In this document: piece after piece, positions 41,361-49,897 of the stretch
Position numbering within the stretch: the first letter of the stretch is position 1
Layout: the number at the start of each line of letters is the position of its first letter
DNA from: Pseudomonadota bacterium
GTDB lineage: Bacteria; Pseudomonadota; Gammaproteobacteria; Burkholderiales; Rhodocyclaceae
Reading direction: 5' to 3'
Assembly (NCBI GenBank): GCA_009778425.1
Contig: WRJU01000253.1
Location: forward strand, 1 to 54,218
Length of the DNA: 54,218 nucleotides
Made by a program: the position numbers and the translations under genes
The notes under the pieces: model-generated
Seen by the model: the letters and a program-made list of their open reading frames with translations, nothing else
The model's database searches: none
Told to the model about the DNA's origin: nothing

Positions 41361-43223
41361 TCAAACTGCGACAGCTTTTGATGCCATGCTTTCTTTCAGC
41401 CTTTCGCAAACGGCCATCACAAGCGTTACCCGCTCCATTGATTTGGCAAGTTCAATGGGGGGAAGATTCTTGAGCCTGGAGTCTGGGCTTGAAAGTGCGC
41501 GGTAAATCTGCCAGTGGTCGGTGCAGTCCGTGAGTTTCAAGACCGCTTCGATCAGTGCATGTTTATGGGGGTCAAGGTGCCAGTCCGGGATGCGCTTGCC
41601 TCGGTTTCCCAGGGTCAGGGCCAAATAATGACCCGTGGCGATCTGATAGTTGAGTGTGCGTATGGATTTGCCCGCCATCTGGGCAAAGGTGGCCACCGGC
41701 AGGTTGTGTGGTAAGTCGAACGTGTCGATTTGCTCCATGCGTTTGCGCTGCTCTTCTGATACGGGCGTACGTGGGGCGACTACTGCGGAAAGCCTGTTGC
41801 ACAGCGAAGCCGGTGGCTGTGGCTTGTTGAAAAGCGGGGTTGGCTGCGCTGGGCTGTCAGGCGGTGCAGACTGTGTGGCCGCTTTGCGGTTCTGGCCGAA
41901 TTGCGGGTACACGACTTTTGGTTCGGGTGCCGCGACCGGCATTCCAACATGTCCGATGCTTATATGGGTGAGCGCCTTCTCAACCATGCCCTGTTCGAGC
42001 AGATCGAGCCGGTCGGCCCAATCCTGCATCATGGCCCTTCGCTGTTCGACGTACTCAGCATGGTTATAGGCCGCACTTACCTTGTTCGGATCAGCATGCG
42101 AGAGTTGCGCATCAATCCAGTTCAATGGGTAGCCAATCTCGTTGAGCCCGGTTGAGAGGGTTCCCCGGATGCCGTGCCCGGTGAGCAGGTCACGGTAGCC
42201 GATGCCCCTGAGAGCTTGGTTGAGCGTGTTTTCGCTGATCTTGAGTTGCGGGTCTTTTCTATGACGGAAGAGGTAGCGTTGTTCAGGTTCAAACCGATTG
42301 AGCATGAACTTGACGATCTCAATCGCCTGGATTGACAACGGAACGATATAGGGAGGGATGTCGCTCGGATTCAGGCGTTTGCGGCTCATCTTCAGAAATA
42401 ACTGCTTAACGTCCTCTGGCGGGATGACCCATAGCCCCCGCTCAGTATCGAATTGATCGGGAGTGGCTTGCCGCAGTTCCCCAGTGCGAACGCCAGTAAG
42501 CAACAACAACCGCAACCCTAGCTGAGTCTGAAAATCTCCCCGGTAGGAGCGCACTCTCTGCAACAGTTTGGGCAGTTCGTCCATCCGAAGATGCGGGTTG
42601 TGCTGCACGGGGGGTTGGGGGGCAGCCACTACATCAAGATCGGTCGCTGGGTTGTATTCCAGACTGGGGAGAATTACTAAAGCATAACGATAAATCTGGT
42701 TGAGGTATCCCCTGATCCTTTCGGCAACTGAGAACGCCTTACGCTCCTCGACCCGTGCAAGAAGATCAAGGAGGTCGGCACGTTTGATCTCGCTGACAGG
42801 GCGTTTCCCGATGAAGGGCAGAACGTCTTTGTCAAAGACCCGCTGAATATAACTGCGAGCCGTTTGGCGGCCTTCCTTGAGGGTGAGACACCGATGCGTG
42901 AACCACTTTTCGTAGATGATCTTGAATGTGTTGGCTTGTGCGATGTTGGCCTCGGCTGTTTTCTGGCGGCGGGCTGTTAAGGGCTCAATGCCTTGGGCAA
43001 GCATCTGATGTGCTTCGTCACGCAGGGAACGTGCCTGCTTGAGTGATATAGCCGGGTAGGTTCCCAGAGAGTATCGCCTCGGGATGCCATTCCAGAGGTA
43101 GCGAAAATGCCAAGATCTGACGCCGGTTGTGGCAACAAAAAGGGAGAGTCCCTCGGTGTCGCGTAGAGAATAGGACTTGCTTTTGGCCTTGGATAACCTG
43201 ACTTCCGTGTCAGTGAGTGCCAT
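41361..43223 (-). CDS. int: P4-type tyrosine integrase with long C-terminal extension (IntB13-like)
   Basis: Arm domain (LRDTEGLSLFV...SLGTYPAISL..AR); catalytic GVRTGELR, HGIR, QLSH, AYNHAEY; AAAGGAG RBS; ~200-aa tail. Confidence 0.93.
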   Translation of the reverse strand: MALTDTEVRLSKAKSKSYSLRDTEGLSLFVATTGVRSWHFRYLWNGIPRRYSLGTYPAISLKQARSLRDEAHQMLAQGIEPLTARRQKTAEANIAQANTFKIIYEKWFTHRCLTLKEGRQTARSYIQRVFDKDVLPFIGKRPVSEIKRADLLDLLARVEERKAFSVAERIRGYLNQIYRYALVILPSLEYNPATDLDVVAAPQPPVQHNPHLRMDELPKLLQRVRSYRGDFQTQLGLRLLLLTGVRTGELRQATPDQFDTERGLWVIPPEDVKQLFLKMSRKRLNPSDIPPYIVPLSIQAIEIVKFMLNRFEPEQRYLFRHRKDPQLKISENTLNQALRGIGYRDLLTGHGIRGTLSTGLNEIGYPLNWIDAQLSHADPNKVSAAYNHAEYVEQRRAMMQDWADRLDLLEQGMVEKALTHISIGHVGMPVAAPEPKVVYPQFGQNRKAATQSAPPDSPAQPTPLFNKPQPPASLCNRLSAVVAPRTPVSEEQRKRMEQIDTFDLPHNLPVATFAQMAGKSIRTLNYQIATGHYLALTLGNRGKRIPDWHLDPHKHALIEAVLKLTDCTDHWQIYRALSSPDSRLKNLPPIELAKSMERVTLVMAVCERLKESMASKAVAV

Positions 43224-43322
43224 GAACGTGCTCCTTTAGGCAGGAGACGAAATCTGATACTGACTTCCACGCTCATCACAGCAAAAAGCTGATTCTGATC
43301 TTACCCGGATTGGATGTTCAGC

Positions 43323-43470
43323 CAATGTACATTTCAATGTACATTTTTTTTGCGGCTGCTGGCGGACGTTGGCGGACGTTGGCGGACTCATCAAGCGATG
43401 GGTGAAGCAAAAAAGCCTCTAATTTTCAGTCGCTTGGCGAGTTTTGCGGACGTTGGCGAACGTTGGCGAA
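43323..43470. repeat. Short tandem repeats between att and int (putative arm-type/accessory binding sites)
   Basis: CAATGTACATTT x2 (43323-43346); TGGCGGACGT x~3 (43360-43387); GCGGACGTTGGCGAACGTTGGCGAA (43446-43470). Confidence 0.7.
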
Positions 43471-43489
43471 TTCCCCCGGAAAGATGCGA

Positions 43490-43565
43490 TGGAGCGGGAA
43501 ACGAGTCTCGAACTCGCGACCTCAACCTTGGCAAGGTTGCGCTCTACCAACTGAGCTATTCCCGC
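43490..43565 (-). tRNA. tRNA-Gly (GCC); ICE integration target
   Basis: GCGGGAATAGCTCAGTTGGTAGAGCGCAACCTTGCCAAGGTTGAGGTCGCGAGTTCGAGACTCGTTTCCCGCTCCA, 76 nt with encoded CCA. Confidence 0.97.
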
Positions 43566-43581
43566 TCGGGGGAAGTCCGCC

Positions 43582-43609
43582 ATTATAGGGGACGGTTCGG
43601 GCGTGTCAA
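43582..43609 (-). promoter_or_regulatory. sigma70 promoter of tRNA-Gly
   Basis: TTGACA-N16-TATAAT followed by a GC-rich discriminator (GGCGGAC). Confidence 0.8.
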
Positions 43610-43631
43610 GCGGGAAAGCGTCCCAGGGAGG

Positions 43632-44336
43632 TCAGCGGCGAGCCCGAGCGGTACGCGCTTCCACGATCAGGTCGGCAATTTTCGTGTTGCCCTTGGAGAG
43701 CGCCCACTCGTCGGCGGTCAATCCTCGGTCGTTGCGGCGGTTGAGGTCGATGGGCGTTTGCAGCAAGCGGCGCACGATGTCGATGTGCCCATTGCGGGCG
43801 GCAAGCATGAGGGCATTGGAGAGGTTGGGCGTCAGGGCGTTGATGTCCGCGCCGACGGCAAGCAGGCGTTCGACGATGGGAAGTTTGCCTTCAAGCGCGG
43901 CGTAGTGCAACGCTGTCCAGGCGTTTTTGTCACCGGGGGGGTTGGTTTTGGCGCCATTGGCAAGCAGCAGGTCGAGCAGTTTCATGTCGCCTTGTGAGGC
44001 CGCGAGCATCAGGGCCGAGTCGCCGGTACGGTTGCGGTAGTCGACCTTGGGACGAAAACGCAGCACGGCTTCTACCGCTTCAACGTGGCCGTCGCGGGCG
44101 GCGAGGATGAGCAGCGAATTGCCGTCCTTATCCTCGGCATTGGGGGAAACCGCGCCGCTTTTAAGAAATTTGGAGAGGGCGTCGGCATTGCCCCGTTGGG
44201 CGGCGGCAAGCGCCTCTTCCAGGTTTCCAGCCTGGGCGGGCGGCGTCGCCAGGAAGAAGAAAGCGAGGACGGCCAGTAAAGCGGCGGGAGCCTTGCTGCG
44301 CAGGAAAACGCGAAAGGATTCAGGCAGGATGGGCAT
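43632..44336 (-). CDS. Exported ankyrin-repeat protein
   Basis: Signal peptide (PPAQA); GNSLLILAARDGH, GDSALMLAA, WTALHYAALEG, ALMLAARNGH. Confidence 0.88.
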   Translation of the reverse strand: MPILPESFRVFLRSKAPAALLAVLAFFFLATPPAQAGNLEEALAAAQRGNADALSKFLKSGAVSPNAEDKDGNSLLILAARDGHVEAVEAVLRFRPKVDYRNRTGDSALMLAASQGDMKLLDLLLANGAKTNPPGDKNAWTALHYAALEGKLPIVERLLAVGADINALTPNLSNALMLAARNGHIDIVRRLLQTPIDLNRRNDRGLTADEWALSKGNTKIADLIVEARTARARR

Positions 44337-45093
44337 GACGGAACAGGCGGAAGAAGTTTTCGGTCGTCGCTTGCTCAATGACGGCGAACGGTACGCCACG
44401 CAGGACGGCCAGTTCTTCGGCGACGTGTTTCACCCAGGCCGGTTCGTTGGTTTTGCCACGATGCGGCGCTGGCGCAAGGTAGGGCGAATCGGTTTCAATC
44501 AGCAATCTGTCGAGCGGCACGCTCGCGGCCACGGCCTTGAGCGCGGAAGCGTTCTTGAAGGTGATGATACCGGAAAATGAAATATACAAACCGAGAGCCA
44601 GCGCAGCTTCGGCGATTTCAAGCGATTCGGTGAAGCAGTGCATGACCCCGCCGCAGACACCGGCTTCTTCTTCTTGTAGGATGCGCAGGGTATCGGCAGC
44701 GGCTTCGCGCATATGCACGATGAGCGGTTTTCCGCAAGCTTTCGCGGCGCGGATATGGGTACGGAAACGCTCGCGCTGCCACTCGGGTGCGTCCTTGTGC
44801 CAGTGATAGTCGAGCCCGGTTTCGCCGATGGCCACGACCTTGGGGTCGTCGGCGAGTTCGCACAGGCGATTGATGTCTGGCTCCTCACAGCCGATGTTGT
44901 CGGGGTGCACCCCAACCGAGGCCCAGTATTCCGGATGTCGGTCGACGAGCGCGCGCAAGCGCGGAAAATCCTCGATACGGACTCCTACGCAAATTGCCTG
45001 CCCGACGCCGTTGGCGGCCATCGCAGCGAGCACTTCGGATTCTCGCTTGGCCAGTTCGGGAAAATCAGCGTGACAGTGGGAATCGACGAGCAT
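44320..45093 (-). CDS. tatD: TatD-family DNase (YcfH)
   Basis: DSHCH, GVHP, AIGETGLDY, HCFT, ETDSPYLAP. Confidence 0.93.
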   Translation of the reverse strand: MLVDSHCHADFPELAKRESEVLAAMAANGVGQAICVGVRIEDFPRLRALVDRHPEYWASVGVHPDNIGCEEPDINRLCELADDPKVVAIGETGLDYHWHKDAPEWQRERFRTHIRAAKACGKPLIVHMREAAADTLRILQEEEAGVCGGVMHCFTESLEIAEAALALGLYISFSGIITFKNASALKAVAASVPLDRLLIETDSPYLAPAPHRGKTNEPAWVKHVAEELAVLRGVPFAVIEQATTENFFRLFRHAHPA

Positions 45094-45107
45094 CAATCAA
45101 ACAAGCA

Positions 45108-45479
45108 TCAAAGTGTGTGAGTTGGTCGGCTGGAGTTGAGATGCCCCGCGAGGATTTGCTCGATTTTCTGCTTGACGACCTTGCCGGTCTCATCCGCAGC
45201 CAACTGTACGCCTACGCCCTGCGCCTTGTTGCGTTGCGCGCCAGCGGGCGTGATCCACACGACCGTGCCCGCTACGGGATACTTGGCCGGGTCGTCCATC
45301 AACTGAATCATCAGAAAGACTTCGTCGCCCAAGGCGTAATGCTTGGTGGTGGGCAGGAAGATGCCGCCATGAATCAGGTAGGGCATATAGGCGGCATAGA
45401 GCGCGGCTTTGGAGCCGATGTTCATCGACAGTACGCTTGGCCGCGCCGAGCGGGGCTGCGGGATGTTGGAATGACTCAT
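45108..45479 (-). CDS. pilZ: Type IV pilus PilZ protein
   Basis: LYAAYMPYL..GGIF.PT...Y.LGDEVF, VVWITP, RPTHTL; holB-pilZ-tatD synteny. Confidence 0.92.
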   Translation of the reverse strand: MSHSNIPQPRSARPSVLSMNIGSKAALYAAYMPYLIHGGIFLPTTKHYALGDEVFLMIQLMDDPAKYPVAGTVVWITPAGAQRNKAQGVGVQLAADETGKVVKQKIEQILAGHLNSSRPTHTL

Positions 45480-46561
45480 GGACGGACTCCTTTGAATACA
45501 CGGGCATAGCGCATCAACATGTCTTCCAGGAACAACCGCATATTGAGCGGATGGGCTGCCACCCGCCGGATATTGATGAATTCATTGTAACAGCCGACGA
45601 GTGAGGCCGCGCTTGCCCCTGCGGAAAGTATCGCCAAACGCTCGGCCTGCGCCGGGAAATATCTCACACGCCCGCCAAGTCGCAGCGCGGCCAGGTCGCT
45701 GACCCAACGCTGCATCCACTCGACCAGCGTCATGAGGCTGAAACCGGCGGCAAGCGCTGCCTTGTCCTTTTTGAGCCAGTTTTCCCACTGCGCGGCGAGG
45801 CGCAGCGGGTCGACCCTGTCCACGCCCAGGTCGTTCATGAAGCGCTCGAACAAGGCTCCGCCGCCCTGCGCGGACAGACGGCGCGCGGCCAACGGCATGC
45901 CACCGCACAGCGCCAGCAGACTGGCGGGGGTGCGCTCCTCGCGCTCCTGCCCTGCCTGCCAGCGCCGCAGGGCGTCCGCGTCGGGGCGCGGCACATGCCA
46001 TTGCTGGCAACGGCTGCGGATGGTCGGCAACAGGCGGCGCGGCGCAGACGAAATGAGCAGGAAAACGCATCCGTCCGGCGGCTCTTCGATCAGTTTCAGG
46101 AGCGCGTTGGCGGTAAAGGCATTCATCGCCTCGGCTGGATCGACGATGACCACCCGTTTTCCGCCGCGATGCGCGGTTACAGACAACGCCTCTTGCAGCG
46201 CGCGCGCCTGGTTGATGACGATCTGGGTTGCTGCCTGGGTTGGCTTTGCCTTGTTTTCGCTGCCGCTCGGTTCATCGCCCGCAGCCTCATTCGTTTGAGG
46301 CTGCGTTTCCCCATTTTCCGGGGATAGCCGGTGCAGGTCGGGATGGTTTCCCGATATGCGCCACTGGCAGGGCAGGCAATGCCCGCAAGCCTGTCCATCG
46401 GTTTGTGGCGACTCGCACAGCAGCCTTGCCGCCAATGCCTCGGCCAGATCGCGCTTGCCGAGGCCGGGCGCGCCAGAGATGAGCAGCGCGTGCGGCAAAC
46501 GCTCGCCGAGCGCCATCCATTGCGCCCACAGCGGTTCAAGCCAGGGATGGATCACAGCCAT
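45476..46561 (-). CDS. holB: DNA polymerase III subunit delta'
   Basis: Start ATG 46561 (MAVIHPW); LPHALL..G..GLGK, CGHCLPC, HPDL, ANALLKLIEEPP, LLPTIRSRC. Confidence 0.92.
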   Translation of the reverse strand: MAVIHPWLEPLWAQWMALGERLPHALLISGAPGLGKRDLAEALAARLLCESPQTDGQACGHCLPCQWRISGNHPDLHRLSPENGETQPQTNEAAGDEPSGSENKAKPTQAATQIVINQARALQEALSVTAHRGGKRVVIVDPAEAMNAFTANALLKLIEEPPDGCVFLLISSAPRRLLPTIRSRCQQWHVPRPDADALRRWQAGQEREERTPASLLALCGGMPLAARRLSAQGGGALFERFMNDLGVDRVDPLRLAAQWENWLKKDKAALAAGFSLMTLVEWMQRWVSDLAALRLGGRVRYFPAQAERLAILSAGASAASLVGCYNEFINIRRVAAHPLNMRLFLEDMLMRYARVFKGVRP

Positions 46562-47175
46562 GCCTTCTCTTTGAACACCGAGGCAATTTCCTGGGCAATG
46601 GCGCGTGGTTCCTGCGCGGCATCGATGACATGGAAACGCATGGGTTCGCGTCGCGCCCGTTCCAGATAGGCGGCGCGCACACGCTCGAAAAACCCGCGCT
46701 GCTCCCGCTCGAAACGGTCGGGTTCGGCTCCATTGGCCGCCATCCGTGCCGCCGCCAGCGCGGGCGGCAGATCGAACAGCAGGGTGAGGTCGGGTTTGAG
46801 GCGGGGATGCACCCAGGCTTCGAGCGCGTCGCAACGCGCCGCTTCCAGCCCGCGCCCGCCCACCTGGTAAGCGTAAGTCGCGTCGGTGAAACGGTCGCAC
46901 ACGACCCAGGTTCCCGCCGCCAGCGCCGGTTCGATCACCGCCGCCAGATGTTCGCGGCGCGCGGCGAACATCAGCATCGCTTCGGTATCGACATTCATTT
47001 CCATGCCGAGCAACACCTCACGCAGTTTTTCGCCAAGATGGGTGCCGCCGGGCTCACGGGTACAGAGCACGTCGAGTCCATGCGCGCGTAACGCCTCTAC
47101 GAGCAAGCCAATCTGCGTACTTTTGCCTGCGCCGTCCACGCCCTCGAAAGTGATGAAGCGTCCAGATATTTTCAT
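46552..47175 (-). CDS. tmk: Thymidylate kinase
   Basis: FITFEGVDGAGKSTQ, TREPGGT, CDRFTDATYAYQ, DRFE. Confidence 0.95.
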   Translation of the reverse strand: MKISGRFITFEGVDGAGKSTQIGLLVEALRAHGLDVLCTREPGGTHLGEKLREVLLGMEMNVDTEAMLMFAARREHLAAVIEPALAAGTWVVCDRFTDATYAYQVGGRGLEAARCDALEAWVHPRLKPDLTLLFDLPPALAAARMAANGAEPDRFEREQRGFFERVRAAYLERARREPMRFHVIDAAQEPRAIAQEIASVFKEKAWL

Positions 47176-47186
47176 GGTCGATAGAT

Positions 47187-48218
47187 TCAACTTTTCGGTG
47201 TTCCCTTTTTGCGCTGGCAACGATCCACCGCCTTGTTGTGTTCGCCGAGTGTGCGCGAAAACACGCTGTTGCCGTTACCGCATGCGACGAAATAAAGCAT
47301 GTCCCCGCCTTCCGGATGCAGCGCGGCGCGCAACGACTCCCGCCCCGGCATTGCGATGGGTGTCGGCGGCAAACCGGCTCGGATATAAGTATTCCACTGC
47401 GTATCGGCCTCCAGGTCGCTACGACGCAGCTTGCCGTCAAACTTTTCGCCCATCCCGTAGATGACCGTGGGATCGGTTTGCAGCTTCATACCAACCCGCA
47501 GACGGTTGATGAACACGTTGGCGATGCGGGTACGGTCTTCGTGGCGCCCGGTTTCCTTCTCCACGATCGAGGCCAGGATCAGCGCATCGTAGGGAGACTT
47601 CAGCGGAAGGTCGCGCGTCTTGTCTTCCCATTCTTTATCCAGCCGTTTCTGCATGGCCTGATAGGCTCTTGTAAACACGGAAAGCGCGCTGTCGCCCTTG
47701 GTGACCACATAGGTATCGGGAAAGAACAATCCTTCGGGCTGCTTCTGGCTCGCGCCGATACGGGCAAGAATTTCGTTATCGGAAAGGCCCCCGGTGTCCT
47801 GGAGCAAATCCGGGTGTTTTTCCAGCGCGGCCCGCATCTGGCGGAAAGTCCAACCCTCGACCAGCAGTACCGTCCCGCGCGCCACATCCCCCATTTCGAG
47901 CTTGATGATCAAATCCCAGGGCGTAATCCCGGCCTCGACCCGGTAAGTGCCCGCCTTGATCTGTTGCGCTCGCCCCGAGAGGCGCGCCAGCGTCGAGAGA
48001 AAGCGCGGGTCAGCCGCTACCCCGGAATTCCGGATCACGTTGGCGGCCTGCCGCATCGCCATCCCGCGCGGCACGGTGAATTCAGTAACCCCCCCCCTCA
48101 CCTTCAAGGGTTGCTGTGCATACCACCACCCGACCCACACCAGAAGAGCCACAGCCAAAATGGCCATCAGCGTGAGCCAGATGGCTATTCGTATGAGGCG
48201 GCGAATGAATTTTTTCAT
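47187..48218 (-). CDS. mltG: Endolytic transglycosylase MltG (YceG)
   Basis: EGLFFPDTY, LASIVEKET, NRLRVGMKLQTDPTVIYG, NTY...GLPPTPI. Confidence 0.93.
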   Translation of the reverse strand: MKKFIRRLIRIAIWLTLMAILAVALLVWVGWWYAQQPLKVRGGVTEFTVPRGMAMRQAANVIRNSGVAADPRFLSTLARLSGRAQQIKAGTYRVEAGITPWDLIIKLEMGDVARGTVLLVEGWTFRQMRAALEKHPDLLQDTGGLSDNEILARIGASQKQPEGLFFPDTYVVTKGDSALSVFTRAYQAMQKRLDKEWEDKTRDLPLKSPYDALILASIVEKETGRHEDRTRIANVFINRLRVGMKLQTDPTVIYGMGEKFDGKLRRSDLEADTQWNTYIRAGLPPTPIAMPGRESLRAALHPEGGDMLYFVACGNGNSVFSRTLGEHNKAVDRCQRKKGTPKS

Positions 48219-48299
48219 CGATGGGCGATCTGGGAAGGAGGGCGAGAGGGTATCGAGGGGGGACTATAATAACTGCCTCCCGACTTTCTATCGCGCCGA

Positions 48300-49346
48300 A
48301 TGATCAACTGGACAAATTATCTTGCGCGCGTGGGCGCGCGCTTCGATTCCAATCCCTTGCCCCCGTCCGTAAATTTCGGCGAACCGCATGCCGATGTTGA
48401 AGCGCTGGCTCACAACGCCGTGGCCGTGCCGCTTCTCCACCTCGGGTTGATCCGCGCCACGGGCGAAGAGGCAAGCGGTTTCCTGAACAGGCTGCTTTCA
48501 AACGACGTGGCCGGTCTCACCGAAAATGCCGTGCAATGGACGAGCTTCAACACCGCGCAGGGCCGCATGCTGGCGAATTTCCTGCTCTGGCGCGATGGTG
48601 ACGGCCTGTGCCTCGCGGCCTCCGCCGACCTCGTTCCAACCCTGCTCAAAAAACTAAGCAACTACATCCTCCGCGCAAAAGTAAAGCTCGCCCTCCCGGA
48701 ACAGGAAAGGGTGCTCATCGGCCTTGCCGGATCCATGTCGGGCGAGTATCTATCGCGCGCCGCGTTGCCCGTGCCGGAAGTCGACATGCGGCAGACTGTC
48801 TCCACAATCCGGCTCAAGGAGAACCTTTTCATCCTCGATCTGCCCGCAACCGAAGCGCCTGCCGTCTTCGACATGCTGCGCCAGACCGGCGTTACGGCAG
48901 GCAGCACCGCGAGTTGGCAGCTTGCCGCCATTCGCGCAGGGCTGCCGCTCGTCACCGCCGCCACGCAGGAAGCCTTTGTCGCTCAAATGCTCAATTTCGA
49001 GATCATCGGCGGCGTGAGTTTCACCAAGGGTTGCTATCCCGGCCAGGAAATCATCGCCCGCACGCAGCACCTGGGCAAACCGAAGCGGCGCATGTTCCGC
49101 ATTGCCCTCTCCTCGCCGGCATCCGCTGAGGGCATCGCTGCCGGTACGGCGCTCTACGCCCCGGAATCCGGAGACGGGCAAGCGGTGGGGGCCATCGTCA
49201 ACTTCGCGCCATTGCCCGAAGGGGGTGAGGCGCTGGCCGTCATCCGGACGGAGTATGCCCATACGGGCGCTGAAATTCGCGTCGGGACGCCAGACGGGCC
49301 TTGCGTGCAAGTCCTTGAGCTGCCTTACGAAGTGCCGGGAACATAA
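48300..49346 (+). CDS. ygfZ: Folate-binding Fe-S repair protein YgfZ
   Basis: GGVSFTKGCYPGQEIIAR motif. Confidence 0.92.
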   Translation: MINWTNYLARVGARFDSNPLPPSVNFGEPHADVEALAHNAVAVPLLHLGLIRATGEEASGFLNRLLSNDVAGLTENAVQWTSFNTAQGRMLANFLLWRDGDGLCLAASADLVPTLLKKLSNYILRAKVKLALPEQERVLIGLAGSMSGEYLSRAALPVPEVDMRQTVSTIRLKENLFILDLPATEAPAVFDMLRQTGVTAGSTASWQLAAIRAGLPLVTAATQEAFVAQMLNFEIIGGVSFTKGCYPGQEIIARTQHLGKPKRRMFRIALSSPASAEGIAAGTALYAPESGDGQAVGAIVNFAPLPEGGEALAVIRTEYAHTGAEIRVGTPDGPCVQVLELPYEVPGT

Positions 49347-49389
49347 TGTTTTTCCATCGTTTTTATTGTTATTTGTCAGGAGAATTCTG

Positions 49390-49794
49390 ATGTCGCGTTT
49401 CTTTGCTGTCGACACCCGCAAGCTAGCCATTTTTTTGGGGGCGTTTTTCGCTTTTGCTCTGCTTACCGGCTGTTCAGCCAAAAAACCGGAGTACGTTGTC
49501 AGGAACTATCTAGAGGCCATTGCCGAGAATAAAGTTGCAAAGGCCGCTGAGTGCTTTGCACTGGAGGACGCGACAAATGAGGATTTGAATGCGCTGGATA
49601 AAAAGATGGATCAGCAGCATTCCGTGATAAAGGAAAATGGGGGGCTAGAGACTCTTGCACTGAAATTTATCGACAAGAATGACGACATTGCCCATGTCGA
49701 AATAGAAATAAAGTTCGTGAACGGCAAAACTGAAAAAAGCCAGCTAACCTTGGTCAAAGAATCGAAAAAATGGAAAATAAAGCGTGATCAATGA
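49390..49794 (+). CDS. DUF4878-like lipoprotein
   Basis: Lipobox LLTGC; P..VV..YL.A, A.V......NG......LVKE...WKI; AGGAG RBS. Confidence 0.75.
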   Translation: MSRFFAVDTRKLAIFLGAFFAFALLTGCSAKKPEYVVRNYLEAIAENKVAKAAECFALEDATNEDLNALDKKMDQQHSVIKENGGLETLALKFIDKNDDIAHVEIEIKFVNGKTEKSQLTLVKESKKWKIKRDQ

Positions 49795-49837
49795 ATTACC
49801 TCTCCTTTCTCGCAAAATTGCATTGCGAAGATAAAAA

Positions 49838-49872
49838 CAAAATCGCCTGACACGCTGTGTCAGGCGATTTTG
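49838..49872. terminator. Bidirectional intrinsic terminator
   Basis: CAAAATCGCCTGACAC-GCT-GTGTCAGGCGATTTTG between convergent genes. Confidence 0.8.
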
Positions 49873-49897
49873 CATACAACCCGCATCAACTCGCGGC

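Noticed and set aside
43314-43997. 227-aa plus-strand ORF
   Set aside because: Runs antisense across the att repeats, the tRNA and the ankyrin gene.
46562-46900. Extended holB N-terminus as a second overprinting case
   Set aside because: Low-complexity Arg/Ala-rich shadow frame of tmk with no motifs; holB homology starts at ATG 46561.
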